Source: a virus. From it: a DNA stretch of 64,000 bases. A program made the translations under genes and the position numbers. This document shows positions 55,696 to 64,000 of the stretch, piece after piece (position 1 is the stretch's first letter; each line of letters starts with the position of its first letter). The stretch spans positions 12,978-76,977 of the IMG/VR virus record IMGVR_UViG_3300028025_006190; one strand, 5' to 3'. The notes beneath the pieces are model-generated. The model was not told the DNA's origin and ran no database searches. It worked only from the letters and a program-made list of their open reading frames with translations.

Positions 55696-56533
55696 TATTA
55701 CCTTCATTCTCGTCTGCAAACCAACTAGATGTGCAGTTGCAATCTACACCTTCGTCAGTCATGTCGATTTCCTCTGGCTTCTCTGTATTGAGCTGTCTAA
55801 AGTCTTTAAGGCTTAGAGGTGTTGTAGTTCCACCAACACGACTACGCAGGATAGTGACATTGGATCCAAGGAAGTCTTGCATCTTCTCTTCTTGCTTCTC
55901 CCACTCTGCGTATCGATCTGGCATCTGTTCAAGAAGAAGTTTAAATTGCTTGTGCCCGGATCTTACGCAGCCACCGCCGCAGTTATTGTGGGGAAATCCA
56001 AGGGCATAGAGCCGGGGAGGGGTGATGCCTTCAAGCTCTGCAAGACGAATCATCTCTTCCTTTTTGAGAAATGGTGCGCCCATTAGCGGAGCTTCTACCT
56101 TCCAGGGGGCATAGCCGGCCGTTACTGCCTTCATGCGGTGGGACTCACTCCAGTCAATGCCAACGTAGATAATAGTGTTGTTTACGTCGCAGTTTTCGTG
56201 GATCCACTTCTTTGCTGGTTTCTGCTTTAGTTCGTGAGAGCAGGGCGCAATGCGTGAGTTGCCGAGAAACTTTTTGTCTCTAAAAACTTCCCATATGTTT
56301 CTACCATCAATAACCGTAACGAGCTCTGCTCCGAGTTTTTCGGAAGACTCTTTGACAAAACGATATGTGTCTTCATCTTCTCCGATGTGGGGATTCTCTG
56401 GATTGTCTCCTCGAACATCCGAGAAAAGAAGAACTACATTCTCTGGACCGTACCGATCACACACCCGCTTGGCAGCATACCAAGATCCAATACCGCCACT
56501 AAACATCACGACATGTAGGGTGTCTGAAGACAT
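55688..56533 (-). CDS. PAPS-reductase-like / adenine nucleotide alpha-hydrolase (PP-loop) protein
   Basis: FSGGIGS, CSHELKQ, YVGID..E..R and HNNCGGGCVR motifs; C-terminal CNC. Confidence 0.8.
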   Translation of the reverse strand: MSSDTLHVVMFSGGIGSWYAAKRVCDRYGPENVVLLFSDVRGDNPENPHIGEDEDTYRFVKESSEKLGAELVTVIDGRNIWEVFRDKKFLGNSRIAPCSHELKQKPAKKWIHENCDVNNTIIYVGIDWSESHRMKAVTAGYAPWKVEAPLMGAPFLKKEEMIRLAELEGITPPRLYALGFPHNNCGGGCVRSGHKQFKLLLEQMPDRYAEWEKQEEKMQDFLGSNVTILRSRVGGTTTPLSLKDFRQLNTEKPEEIDMTDEGVDCNCTSSWFADENEGNNA

Positions 56534-56607
56534 TATTATCCTTTGTTCTTAATACAGAACAATATATCAAATAAAGATGATCTCGAAGCGGTACTGAGAG
56601 GAGCGGG

Positions 56608-56991
56608 TTATTCCTTTTCTTCCCTGATCATTGAAACTATGTTTCTGATGGAGGGAATATCAAGCTCTGGCGCACCTGATAAATGATCTTCTAGTAACGC
56701 AATGATCCGCTCGCGCTCTCGGAGAACAACAAGCTCTAGCGCAGCAACACCAAGCTCGATCTCGGGACTAATGGTATTTGTCCTGGGCTCGGCTTCATCT
56801 TCTTTTTCTACTTCGTAGCTGCGGGGCAGGCTGCTAACAAATGAATAAACATTATCTGAGTATGTTGCGGTCCACACAGCAAGATCTTCGATGTGACCAT
56901 TCATGTTGTTGGGGAAAGAAGTATTGAGAGATTCCAATAGGCCCTTAGCGTAGGCATCTACCCACTCTTTTGCTGTCATAAATGTTCTCAC
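56608..56991 (-). CDS. ERxRI-family small protein
   Basis: RERERIIALLEDH...IVSMIREEKE. Confidence 0.6.
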   Translation of the reverse strand: MRTFMTAKEWVDAYAKGLLESLNTSFPNNMNGHIEDLAVWTATYSDNVYSFVSSLPRSYEVEKEDEAEPRTNTISPEIELGVAALELVVLRERERIIALLEDHLSGAPELDIPSIRNIVSMIREEKE

Positions 56992-57182
56992 TTGGTCTCC
57001 GTCTCTATAAGTTCAATGGTCTCGAGCAGCCCACGACACCCCTCGTGCTTTGGAGCACCGTTCATCCAATTTTGTTTGTACTCAGTCCACTGCTCTTCAC
57101 AGCCTGGACAAACATGATCCTGGAGTAGAGCAAAAATACGCTCACGCTCCGCTAGCTGGCCTTGTTGGAATTCGTCAGTCAT
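56988..57182 (-). CDS. ERxRI-family small protein
   Basis: GQLAERERIFALLQDHVC...TIELIETETK. Confidence 0.6.
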   Translation of the reverse strand: MTDEFQQGQLAERERIFALLQDHVCPGCEEQWTEYKQNWMNGAPKHEGCRGLLETIELIETETK

Positions 57183-57382
57183 TTGTTCTTCTCCTTGATG
57201 AGTTCAATAAGTTGTGGACCGTATATGTCTACCATGTCGCAGTCAGGGACGCAAGTGCATAGTTGGCTCTCAATTATTTTTAGGATGCGAAGACGCTCTT
57301 GGTGCACCCCAATATCGACACCTACCTTGTAGGCTTTGTCCTCGATGCGGGCTACCTCTTCTGGAGTGAATAAAGATCTCAT
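57179..57382 (-). CDS. ERxRI-family small protein
   Basis: GVHQERLRILKIIE...LIELIKEKNK. Confidence 0.6.
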   Translation of the reverse strand: MRSLFTPEEVARIEDKAYKVGVDIGVHQERLRILKIIESQLCTCVPDCDMVDIYGPQLIELIKEKNK

Positions 57383-57648
57383 TTGGTCTCTCCATCGATA
57401 AGAGGATTGTCGAAGTGTTCGTATTCGCCTGTCTCCTTGGCAAACCATTGCAAATCGTCGAGGGCCCTATTCTGCATTTGCTCTTCGACCTGCTGCTCAA
57501 TTAGGGGAATAAGTTCTCCTGCGAGTCCCCAAGTGCCAGCGCCATGCTGGTTGTTGAGGTATATCCACAACCTCTTACCAGCATCCGTCTGGATGTTATA
57601 TGGGATGCGCTCACCGTCCGGTCCGACGACCCCCTGTGTCTCACTCAT
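57379..57648 (-). CDS. Small protein within the array
   Basis: Ends PLIDGETK; coupled to its neighbours. Confidence 0.55.
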   Translation of the reverse strand: MSETQGVVGPDGERIPYNIQTDAGKRLWIYLNNQHGAGTWGLAGELIPLIEQQVEEQMQNRALDDLQWFAKETGEYEHFDNPLIDGETK

Positions 57649-57823
57649 CTGTCTCTCCTTTAATAATCTTGATGTTATAGCAAGTTATGCAGTCATAGCT
57701 GTGTTGACCGCCCCACATTTCGTGAGCGAGAGGTAGCGCAATAATACGTGCACGCTCTGCTTGTTCCCCCTCTTCGCACCCCCAAGCGTAAGCCTTATGT
57801 TCTGGTGAGTTAAGTTCAAACAT
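57641..57823 (-). CDS. ERxRI-family small protein
   Basis: GEQAERARIIAL...IKIIKGETDE. Confidence 0.6.
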   Translation of the reverse strand: MFELNSPEHKAYAWGCEEGEQAERARIIALPLAHEMWGGQHSYDCITCYNIKIIKGETDE

Positions 57824-58022
57824 TGCCTTCCTCTCCTCTGATAATGGCAACGATATCTTCAATGGTGAACGAATCGCATAAGCACTGCTCGTTGTCTATC
57901 CAATCGTGGCCATCGAGAGTCGGGCATAGCCTGGACTCGAAGAGCAAAATTATGCGATCTTGCTCGGCCTTTGCGCCAGTGCGAATGTCTTTCTGGCGGA
58001 GGGGAGATTTTTCTTTGCTCAC
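57816..58022 (-). CDS. ERxRI-family small protein
   Basis: GAKAEQDRIILLFE...IVAIIRGEE. Confidence 0.6.
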   Translation of the reverse strand: MSKEKSPLRQKDIRTGAKAEQDRIILLFESRLCPTLDGHDWIDNEQCLCDSFTIEDIVAIIRGEEGNV

Positions 58023-58255
58023 TTGTTTTCTCCCTGAATATCGTAATACTCCGATATGGCCGGACTATCGTGATCTTGAGATATTTGGTCTGCTTTGATT
58101 ATCTCAATGGCCTCGTTGAAGCTCCCACACCAGCACTCAATTACTTCTACATCAGTAAACTTGCATTGATGCTGCTTCAGCAGTTCAACTATGCGCATAC
58201 GTTCGCGCTGAACACCTACCTCGATCCAGTAGGCATTGGTAAGACTTCTAGGCAC
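58019..58255 (-). CDS. ERxRI-family small protein
   Basis: GVQRERMRIVELLK...AIEIIK...IQGENK. Confidence 0.6.
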   Translation of the reverse strand: MPRSLTNAYWIEVGVQRERMRIVELLKQHQCKFTDVEVIECWCGSFNEAIEIIKADQISQDHDSPAISEYYDIQGENK

Positions 58256-58491
58256 TAATCATCCCCCTCGATAAGCGCGATAGCTTTGGTTATTGCATCA
58301 GCCTGATCGCCCTCGTTGGCGGATAAGTGTTCGGTTCGCAGGTCTTCGAGAAGTGCAACGATGCGGTCACGCTCGAGGAGGGCAACGTGATTGGCCTCGA
58401 TAAGAACATCTTCTATTGCCCCGCTATCCTTGTCTTTTTCAGCAGACGCCAGAATGTAGTCGCCGTCATCGTCAATATATGCGTAGCTCAT
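58255..58491 (-). CDS. ERxRI-family small protein
   Basis: LLERDRIVALLEDL...AIALIEGDD. Confidence 0.6.
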   Translation of the reverse strand: MSYAYIDDDGDYILASAEKDKDSGAIEDVLIEANHVALLERDRIVALLEDLRTEHLSANEGDQADAITKAIALIEGDD

Positions 58492-58504
58492 TTGTTTTCT
58501 CCTT

Positions 58505-59197
58505 TTATTTCCATTTCGATTCGTAGATCAGTCGGTCATTTTCAGTGTCTTCTGCGAAGTTGGGTGGTGGATTGAGCTTAATAGTCTTGCTCTCGTTTCC
58601 CCAGCAATTAGTTCTAGACGTGATTGCAACTCCACGCCCCTGAGAGAGGGTCCACGCGAGGACATCATCATCTCCGTAGTACCACTTCATTCTGGTGTCG
58701 AACTCAAACTTCGGAACAAGATCTTTGTGGAGGGCCATATAAAAACCTGCAAGACCGCCAGTTCCGTCATATTGAGCACCGCAGGTTGTTGTAACATGCT
58801 CGAGCCCGAGAGGTATCACTCGGCCGTCGTAGTTGGGGCAGATAAGCCCGACACCCCCGAGACCAGGGCTGTTGTCGAGAACATTGCAAAGAATGGTCGC
58901 TGTGTCAGGATCGCTCTCTACGTCGTCATTTATGAACAAAGCGTGGCAGCCAAGTTCCTCTGCCTTATTAAGCCCGATGTTCCACATGTCGTGGATCCCG
59001 GCAGTTATATGTCCATAGTCAAGAGTCACTTTATTGGACTTACCCATATACATAGGTTGTAACTCGGAGAATGCTGTCGGACCGTGGGCAACAACAACAA
59101 TCTTCTCTACTGCTGGATCTTTAATGAGTGTCGTGACAATGGTGTGTAGCCCCGAGAAGTTCGTCTTCGTTGGAATTACCGCTACTGCTTTGGTCAT
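58505..59197 (-). CDS. GT2-like glycosyltransferase
   Basis: VAVIPT, WNIGL, FINDDV and FD....WYYGDDD motifs. Confidence 0.75.
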   Translation of the reverse strand: MTKAVAVIPTKTNFSGLHTIVTTLIKDPAVEKIVVVAHGPTAFSELQPMYMGKSNKVTLDYGHITAGIHDMWNIGLNKAEELGCHALFINDDVESDPDTATILCNVLDNSPGLGGVGLICPNYDGRVIPLGLEHVTTTCGAQYDGTGGLAGFYMALHKDLVPKFEFDTRMKWYYGDDDVLAWTLSQGRGVAITSRTNCWGNESKTIKLNPPPNFAEDTENDRLIYESKWK

Positions 59198-59346
59198 TAC
59201 TGTCTCCATTCGCAGACAATCGCGTTGATGATGCTGAGAGCCTCAACGTGATTAATAAATCCGCCCTGGTGGTCCGCAAGTATTGATTCTATTGCGTCCA
59301 TCGGGGCTGTCTGGGTGTTGAGTCCAGTCATGTCAATTACTGGCAT
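59197..59346 (-). CDS. 49-aa hypothetical protein (not in ORF track)
   Basis: GAGG RBS; TAATG coupling to the GT gene. Confidence 0.45.
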   Translation of the reverse strand: MPVIDMTGLNTQTAPMDAIESILADHQGGFINHVEALSIINAIVCEWRQ

Positions 59347-59477
59347 AGTTGCACTTCCTCTACATAGAGGGTGCCTGTGCCGTTGCAGGTGTTACATGTA
59401 ACGGTGTAGTTCTCTCGATACTCGGTAATGCTTCGCAAGAACCCGAGGCCCTTGCATGCTTGGCAGGAAATCATCAT
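59337..59477 (-). CDS. 46-aa DnaJ-type zinc-finger micro-protein (not in ORF track)
   Basis: CQACKGLG...CNTCNGTG, two CxxCxGxG motifs. Confidence 0.65.
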   Translation of the reverse strand: MMISCQACKGLGFLRSITEYRENYTVTCNTCNGTGTLYVEEVQLCQ

Positions 59478-59497
59478 TTTGTCATTTTCCTTTGTCG

Positions 59498-59698
59498 TTA
59501 GAGGTCTTCTAAATTGACTTGAATTGCAGACTCTACTGTTGAGAGTCGATCTTGGAGAACAGCTCTAAGAGCTAGATCTTCAAGGATGGGTATCAAGCTT
59601 CTTGCAGCTTGACGATCCTGTTCTGTGGGGGTGGGGGTGGTGGTGTCGGAATATGCTTCCGCTAAAGTGCTAGCAATCTCTTCAATGAGATCGTCCAT
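59498..59698 (-). CDS. Hypothetical protein
   Basis: ORF in a coupled run. Confidence 0.5.
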   Translation of the reverse strand: MDDLIEEIASTLAEAYSDTTTPTPTEQDRQAARSLIPILEDLALRAVLQDRLSTVESAIQVNLEDL

Positions 59699-59701
59699 TG
59701 T

Positions 59702-59923
59702 TTAGTCCTCGTCCCGATATTCGGGCTCGTCAAACTCTGGAGAATCACCAATCCACTCGTACTGCTTTAGACAGCTTGTGCAGGTCCACTCTCCAGCAGC
59801 ACTTACGATCGAGTAGCTAACAAGCATCTTGTGTTCTTGCTCCTCCTCGAAGAGGGAGCAGGATTCGTTATTGCACTCCACAAATTGGTGGGTGGTCGCT
59901 TCTCCTATTTCTTGGTAAGGCAT
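59702..59923 (-). CDS. Zinc-ribbon hypothetical protein
   Basis: CNNESC...WTCTSC. Confidence 0.55.
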   Translation of the reverse strand: MPYQEIGEATTHQFVECNNESCSLFEEEQEHKMLVSYSIVSAAGEWTCTSCLKQYEWIGDSPEFDEPEYRDED

Positions 59924-60405
59924 TAAATGACCTCCTTGTTTAGCATGCGCATTTTGTTGAGTCCGTAGTACAGCGGGTACGCAGACTTGAGGCCCATCTC
60001 TTTAGCGAGGCGATTAAGGCTGAGGCCCTTGTTGTAGAGGTTGAAGATGGCACTGTGGTAGACCGCGGTGCCGTGAGTCTTCGAGTCTTTGAGGTACGCG
60101 ATTGCTTCTGCGTACTGCTCCTTGGTTGCAACAGACTTCTTGTGTCGTTCGAGGGGCGGGATGCCGGCAGTCATAACACGACGGCGTAGAGATGGGTAGG
60201 CAACCTCGAGTGCCTCGGCCATCTTCAGAAGAGAGCCACCCTTTGCGGAATACTCTGCGAGAAGTCTGGTGTACTCCCTAGAAGCATCGTGAGCTGCGGA
60301 ATCAGTGGACCGAGACCCGTATGCCCTGGTTGCCAAATACTTGTGCTTGGCAATAGACGGATAGTAGTCCGAAAGCAATTGAAGCTTTTCTTGTTTATTT
60401 GTCAT
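59923..60405 (-). CDS. Tandem HTH-like DNA-binding protein
   Basis: Two similar repeats: KGGSLLKMAEALEVAYPSL and KGLSLNRLAKEMGLKSAYPL. Confidence 0.6.
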   Translation of the reverse strand: MTNKQEKLQLLSDYYPSIAKHKYLATRAYGSRSTDSAAHDASREYTRLLAEYSAKGGSLLKMAEALEVAYPSLRRRVMTAGIPPLERHKKSVATKEQYAEAIAYLKDSKTHGTAVYHSAIFNLYNKGLSLNRLAKEMGLKSAYPLYYGLNKMRMLNKEVI

Positions 60406-60512
60406 GTCACTTCCCTTGTTGGTTGTTGGTTGGTAGTGCTATTGCTTTGATTATAGGCACGGTATGTTTTGTAATGCAAGCTCAAATAAGAAAAAACCGA
60501 TACAATGGGTAC

Positions 60513-61142
60513 ATGGTACGAGATCCTTCATTTCTTCCTAACCCTCCTGCAAAGCCAGAGGGTAGATTGGCAAACATTGTGAATAGTGAATTTGATCCGC
60601 ACGACGGACCAGAACTAAAAACTGAAATAACCATATATGACGTAGAAGAAGAGACACCTCTCTCTGAGGACACCAAGCCGGGTGATGCTGGTGGTGGGGT
60701 AGAAACAAAGGGTGCAAGACGTTTCCACGCTGACACTCCTTTTGTCTTGTCGCTTCTTCTCGTTCTTATTGCCAGCATGGCTGCAGCTTCGTTCTACATC
60801 TCCTTCTCGGGACTGTACTCGGCAGCTGCATGGGCCGTTGGCGATAACCCCCCTCTCCAGTTCGCCGTACCGATTATGTTGGACATCTCCATCATTGCCT
60901 TTACTTTGGCTCTGTTCATTGAACGAGAACGTGGTGAAAAAGTTTTGGGTACTTGGCTAGCAATCGGTGCGTTTACGCTAGTTTCTATCACTGCAAACGT
61001 GTTTCACACCTTTGTTGTATCGACTGCGGTAGATCAGTATCAACTAATCATTGGTGCTGTCATTTCTGGTGGTGCGCCTCTGCTCCTTGCATTCGGTGTA
61101 GACAAGATTGCCATTAAGGTATTCAAGCGAACCAGTAACTAA
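60513..61142 (+). CDS. Four-TM membrane protein, DUF2637/SpdA-like (leaderless)
   Basis: SF.ISFSGL...AVPIMLD...SITANVFH...APLL motif. TACAAT-N6-ATG. Confidence 0.65.
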   Translation: MVRDPSFLPNPPAKPEGRLANIVNSEFDPHDGPELKTEITIYDVEEETPLSEDTKPGDAGGGVETKGARRFHADTPFVLSLLLVLIASMAAASFYISFSGLYSAAAWAVGDNPPLQFAVPIMLDISIIAFTLALFIERERGEKVLGTWLAIGAFTLVSITANVFHTFVVSTAVDQYQLIIGAVISGGAPLLLAFGVDKIAIKVFKRTSN

Positions 61143-61157
61143 ACGGAAAAGGTACGT

Positions 61158-61823
61158 ATGCCTAACGGACAAACCGTCTCTGGTCTACACGAATTCATGA
61201 GAAGTCCTCTCTATGCGACCGTGGAACTAAAAAATACTGGAGATGGGTTCGTCTCTGAGTGGTGGATTTCCCGTAACGAACCTGGAAGTTACGAACTACA
61301 AGTCCTCGGCTATCTTCGGCTCCCTGTTTTTGGGGAGACCGAAGAGGCCGCGACTCGTAGGATCGGGTTTATTTACGGAAACATCTTTGAACTACTCGAG
61401 GCGGTAATCGGAGGGGTGGCCGACACCGGGGCGGGTGGAGACGTTGTTAGTGCGAGAAGGCACTGTAAAGCGCATTTGCAGTGGTGGTCGGACGTAATTA
61501 CGCCAGGAAGTCGTACCGAACATACTGCTTCGCTGTATTCTCTGGCTGTGGAGTTCGGCGTAAACAACCCTGCTGCCCTAATTGCGGAGGTCCAGGTGCT
61601 ACCTTCTGTGAGAACGGTGCACGATCGAATCGCGTATGCGCGACGGATCGGAATTTTAGACTCGCATGGAAAGGGCCGAATCAAGGTTTCTGTGGAATCG
61701 GAATCGGAATCGGAATCGGAGTCGGAAGAAGTGGGACTCTTCCACTATCCCGCCGAGCTAAGCTCTCCGGAGAGAAGTAAAGAGATTATGGATCGTATCC
61801 TGAGGCACTCTGGAGGTATGTGA
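61158..61823 (+). CDS. Hypothetical protein with C-terminal HTH-like region
   Basis: PAALIAE....SVRTVHDRIAYARRIGIL. GGAATC x4 repeat at 61694-61717. Confidence 0.55.
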   Translation: MPNGQTVSGLHEFMRSPLYATVELKNTGDGFVSEWWISRNEPGSYELQVLGYLRLPVFGETEEAATRRIGFIYGNIFELLEAVIGGVADTGAGGDVVSARRHCKAHLQWWSDVITPGSRTEHTASLYSLAVEFGVNNPAALIAEVQVLPSVRTVHDRIAYARRIGILDSHGKGRIKVSVESESESESESEEVGLFHYPAELSSPERSKEIMDRILRHSGGM

Positions 61824-61936
61824 TGTCAAGAAGTTGGGGATGTCTTTTTGTTGGACACCAATGGATTGATGACAAGGACATCGGTGGATATCGGTGCAAT
61901 GTGTGTGGGGCGCACACAGAAAAGCGTGTGTATTAG
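61823..61936 (+). CDS. 37-aa zinc micro-protein (DUF1660-like pattern; not in ORF track)
   Basis: CLFVGHQW...CNVCG. GGAGG RBS and TGATG overlap. Confidence 0.55.
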   Translation: MSRSWGCLFVGHQWIDDKDIGGYRCNVCGAHTEKRVY

Positions 61937-62146
61937 GTGAGCGAAGATCTTTACTGGGTGCGAAACTACGTATCGAGAAACCCGTATACCGGCGCTCCGG
62001 CAGTAGATTTGGCTGCTTTGGCGGGAAGTAGGGAGCTTCGGGGGCTGCTTGCGGGGATCTGGGAGGCTGGATATAACAGCGGATTTACGGACGGTGTAGA
62101 CGATTCTTCGGTCGATTCGCAGTCAATTAACCCTTACAGAGATTGA
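61937..62146 (+). CDS. Hypothetical protein
   Basis: WEAGY..G...NPY motif common in small actinophage proteins. Confidence 0.5.
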   Translation: MSEDLYWVRNYVSRNPYTGAPAVDLAALAGSRELRGLLAGIWEAGYNSGFTDGVDDSSVDSQSINPYRD

Positions 62147-62194
62147 TCTGGGGTAAAATAGTAAGACTTGTTTATTTTTACTTGACGGGATAGC

Positions 62195-62383
62195 ATGAGC
62201 TCTTATGACCTTGTGGTCCTTGCAATAGAAAAGATAGACTGGGTAAGAGAGGTCTCCGGATCTCTTCCAGACGCGCTTGATGACGTGTACGACCTCCTAC
62301 AGGAGTCACTTCATGAGGATGCGTGTGATAGCTGGCCCGCATATGAATTCGCCGAACGGATTCTGAATGCGAGTTGGCCGTAA
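62195..62383 (+). CDS. Hypothetical protein
   Basis: ORF only. Confidence 0.4.
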   Translation: MSSYDLVVLAIEKIDWVREVSGSLPDALDDVYDLLQESLHEDACDSWPAYEFAERILNASWP

Positions 62384-62455
62384 TAATTCGCTATAGTGGC
62401 GAACTGTGTAGCTATGACAAGCGGAGGAAATTCCACCGCAGAAAGGAATGACACA

Positions 62456-63733
62456 GTGAAAAACAAAAAGAAAACCAACAAGGAGCAGTTAGACCAACTT
62501 CGTAAGAAGTGGAACATGAACTGCCAAACCGCGATCAGAGACAAGGTCGCATATGTCCTCCGTAGAAGCCGTACAGACTACCTGAAGGTGTTTGGGTCAG
62601 AGCGAGGACTGAATCGCTATCAAGCCGAAGTCCTTGAGGATGTCTCCGGAGTCGGAACGCACCGAGAGGTGGCCATCTACGAGCGTAATCGCGTTGCAAA
62701 CATTGTGCGTGGTGCGTTTGTCAACGTAGAGCCAGACACCATTACCGGGCTTATTGGCGCTGACATCGTTGCAGAGCTGCTTGGTGAGTTCCAAGCGAGC
62801 ATCATCTCTGTGTCTCCGGACATGATTGTGACGCGCAGCGATGAGAAGATCGAGAACATGAACTTCACGAATGGGGCTGTTCCGGCTCCCGTGTCGGCAA
62901 TGTCTCACGTGTCGGCTGGTGCAAGCATGGGGGCTGCTATTACCTATGGCTATGACCCCACCTCCCCGACTAACATCTATACGCGAGACATGCTGAAGGC
63001 TGCCGGCCATATTGCTAACGATCGGCCTCTTACATTGGATGCGTTCAATGAGAAGTTTCGGGCCGGACTAAAAAAAGTACAGAGCCTCGACTTTAAAAAA
63101 GTTGGGGCAACCTTAGGAGCACTTTCGGCAGTAACTTTGATCTCGTTGGGTACGTCAGTTTCGGCGTATGCAGCGGTGGGCAGTTATGAGATGTACTACA
63201 TCAATCACCTGTCTGACACCACCTGGGAAGACAAAAAGAATGGTTCGCAGTCTCTAAAGGTATCTGCGGATGCACCAGCTCCTTCGGCTGGTCGCTCGCG
63301 GGGCATCTATCAGCCGGACATGATCTGGCCGACAGTTGGCGGATCTAGTGTGATCATCTCCTCTGGATTTGGATACCGTCCTGCACCATGTGCGATTTGC
63401 TCCACGGATCACCGTGGATTGGATATGAACCCCGGGTACGGAACCGAGATCTACTCTGCAACTTCCGGCACTGTTGTGTCCGTTGGTTGGAACGGGTCTC
63501 TTGGTTGGGAAGTCTCGGTTGCGGACGAAGGTAACCGTGTCTATGTCTACGGACATATGATCGCCAACTCTTCTCCTGCGGATATCGTCGTTGGTGCAAA
63601 GGTGAAGCAGGGTCAAGTCATTGGATTCGTTGGTAGCACCGGAACGTCAACCGGAGCGCACCTTCACTTCGAAATCATCGAAGACGGCGTGCAGATCGAT
63701 CCTTACCCGGAGTTACAGCGTTGGGCGCACTAG
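62456..63733 (+). CDS. Membrane-anchored M23 metallopeptidase with large N-terminal domain
   Basis: AAAGGA RBS. Central TM segment. ISSGFGYR...HRGLD...YGHM...GTSTGAHLHFE motifs. Confidence 0.85.
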   Translation: MKNKKKTNKEQLDQLRKKWNMNCQTAIRDKVAYVLRRSRTDYLKVFGSERGLNRYQAEVLEDVSGVGTHREVAIYERNRVANIVRGAFVNVEPDTITGLIGADIVAELLGEFQASIISVSPDMIVTRSDEKIENMNFTNGAVPAPVSAMSHVSAGASMGAAITYGYDPTSPTNIYTRDMLKAAGHIANDRPLTLDAFNEKFRAGLKKVQSLDFKKVGATLGALSAVTLISLGTSVSAYAAVGSYEMYYINHLSDTTWEDKKNGSQSLKVSADAPAPSAGRSRGIYQPDMIWPTVGGSSVIISSGFGYRPAPCAICSTDHRGLDMNPGYGTEIYSATSGTVVSVGWNGSLGWEVSVADEGNRVYVYGHMIANSSPADIVVGAKVKQGQVIGFVGSTGTSTGAHLHFEIIEDGVQIDPYPELQRWAH

Positions 63734-63764
63734 ATTGTTAGTTGGTGTGCTGTAGACTTTTCGC

Positions 63765-64000
63765 ATGAATTTATTTGCGAAGTGGAGACAGCGCCGACTG
63801 CAGAAGAGGTCAGCAGATCTCGTCATTGAAATGCTTATTCAGTATTTGGAAAGTGGCGGAGATCTGGATGACCTCTTCGTGCTTTCTGTGGTGGAACCTG
63901 TGGAGTGGGACATGAAGGGGCAGTTCTGGTTTGTGGGTCTAAAAGATGAGCTGGACCGGGAAATAATAAAGGTAGACAAGAAGGTGTCGCTGTCTTCGGG
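63765..64000 (+). CDS. Hypothetical protein (leaderless, 3' truncated)
   Basis: TAGACT-N6-ATG; frame open to the window end. Confidence 0.5.
   Translation, partial: MNLFAKWRQRRLQKRSADLVIEMLIQYLESGGDLDDLFVLSVVEPVEWDMKGQFWFVGLKDELDREIIKVDKKVSLSS

Noticed and set aside
61694-61723. GGAATC microsatellite as a phase-variation switch
   Set aside because: The 6-nt unit keeps the frame and only varies a Ser-Glu linker.

Overview
A 64-kb internal segment of a tailed dsDNA siphophage. The host is almost certainly an actinobacterium: there are two whiB genes and many leaderless TAnnnT-N6-ATG starts. Base composition looks near 50% GC by eye, which would fit a low-GC Microbacteriaceae-type host (inference). 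About 1-29 kb is the virion module: capsid hexamer/pentamer-type proteins, major tail, head-tail connectors, a tail chaperone pair, tape measure, very large Dit/Tal-type tail-tip proteins and a collagen-like fibre. About 29-43 kb covers replication and recombination: PolA, RuvC-like resolvase, SNF2 helicase, Cas4-like exonuclease, AAA ATPase, SSB, WhiB and Prim-Pol/SF3 helicase. About 43-55 kb holds a lysin, six tRNAs, two candidate structured RNAs, nucleotide metabolism genes (ThyX, RNR beta, thioredoxin) and glycan-related enzymes. About 55-64 kb is small accessory genes. Highlights: (1) a deconstructed ribonucleotide reductase locus with a free-standing 27-aa peptide resembling the redox C-terminal tail of RNR alpha, a splicing-dead and nuclease-dead orphan intein, a class Ic-type beta subunit and a 13-aa Cys-rich peptide, with no alpha subunit in the window; (2) nested 'Russian-doll' beta-barrel repeats in tail proteins, with five domains and the Dit C-terminus apparently split across two genes; (3) an endolysin-holin fusion with a possible internal start; (4) two unexplained structured RNAs among the tRNAs; (5) an array of 7-8 paralogous small genes whose C-termini encode the next gene's RBS. 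All family assignments come from motif recognition by eye; no database searches were run.
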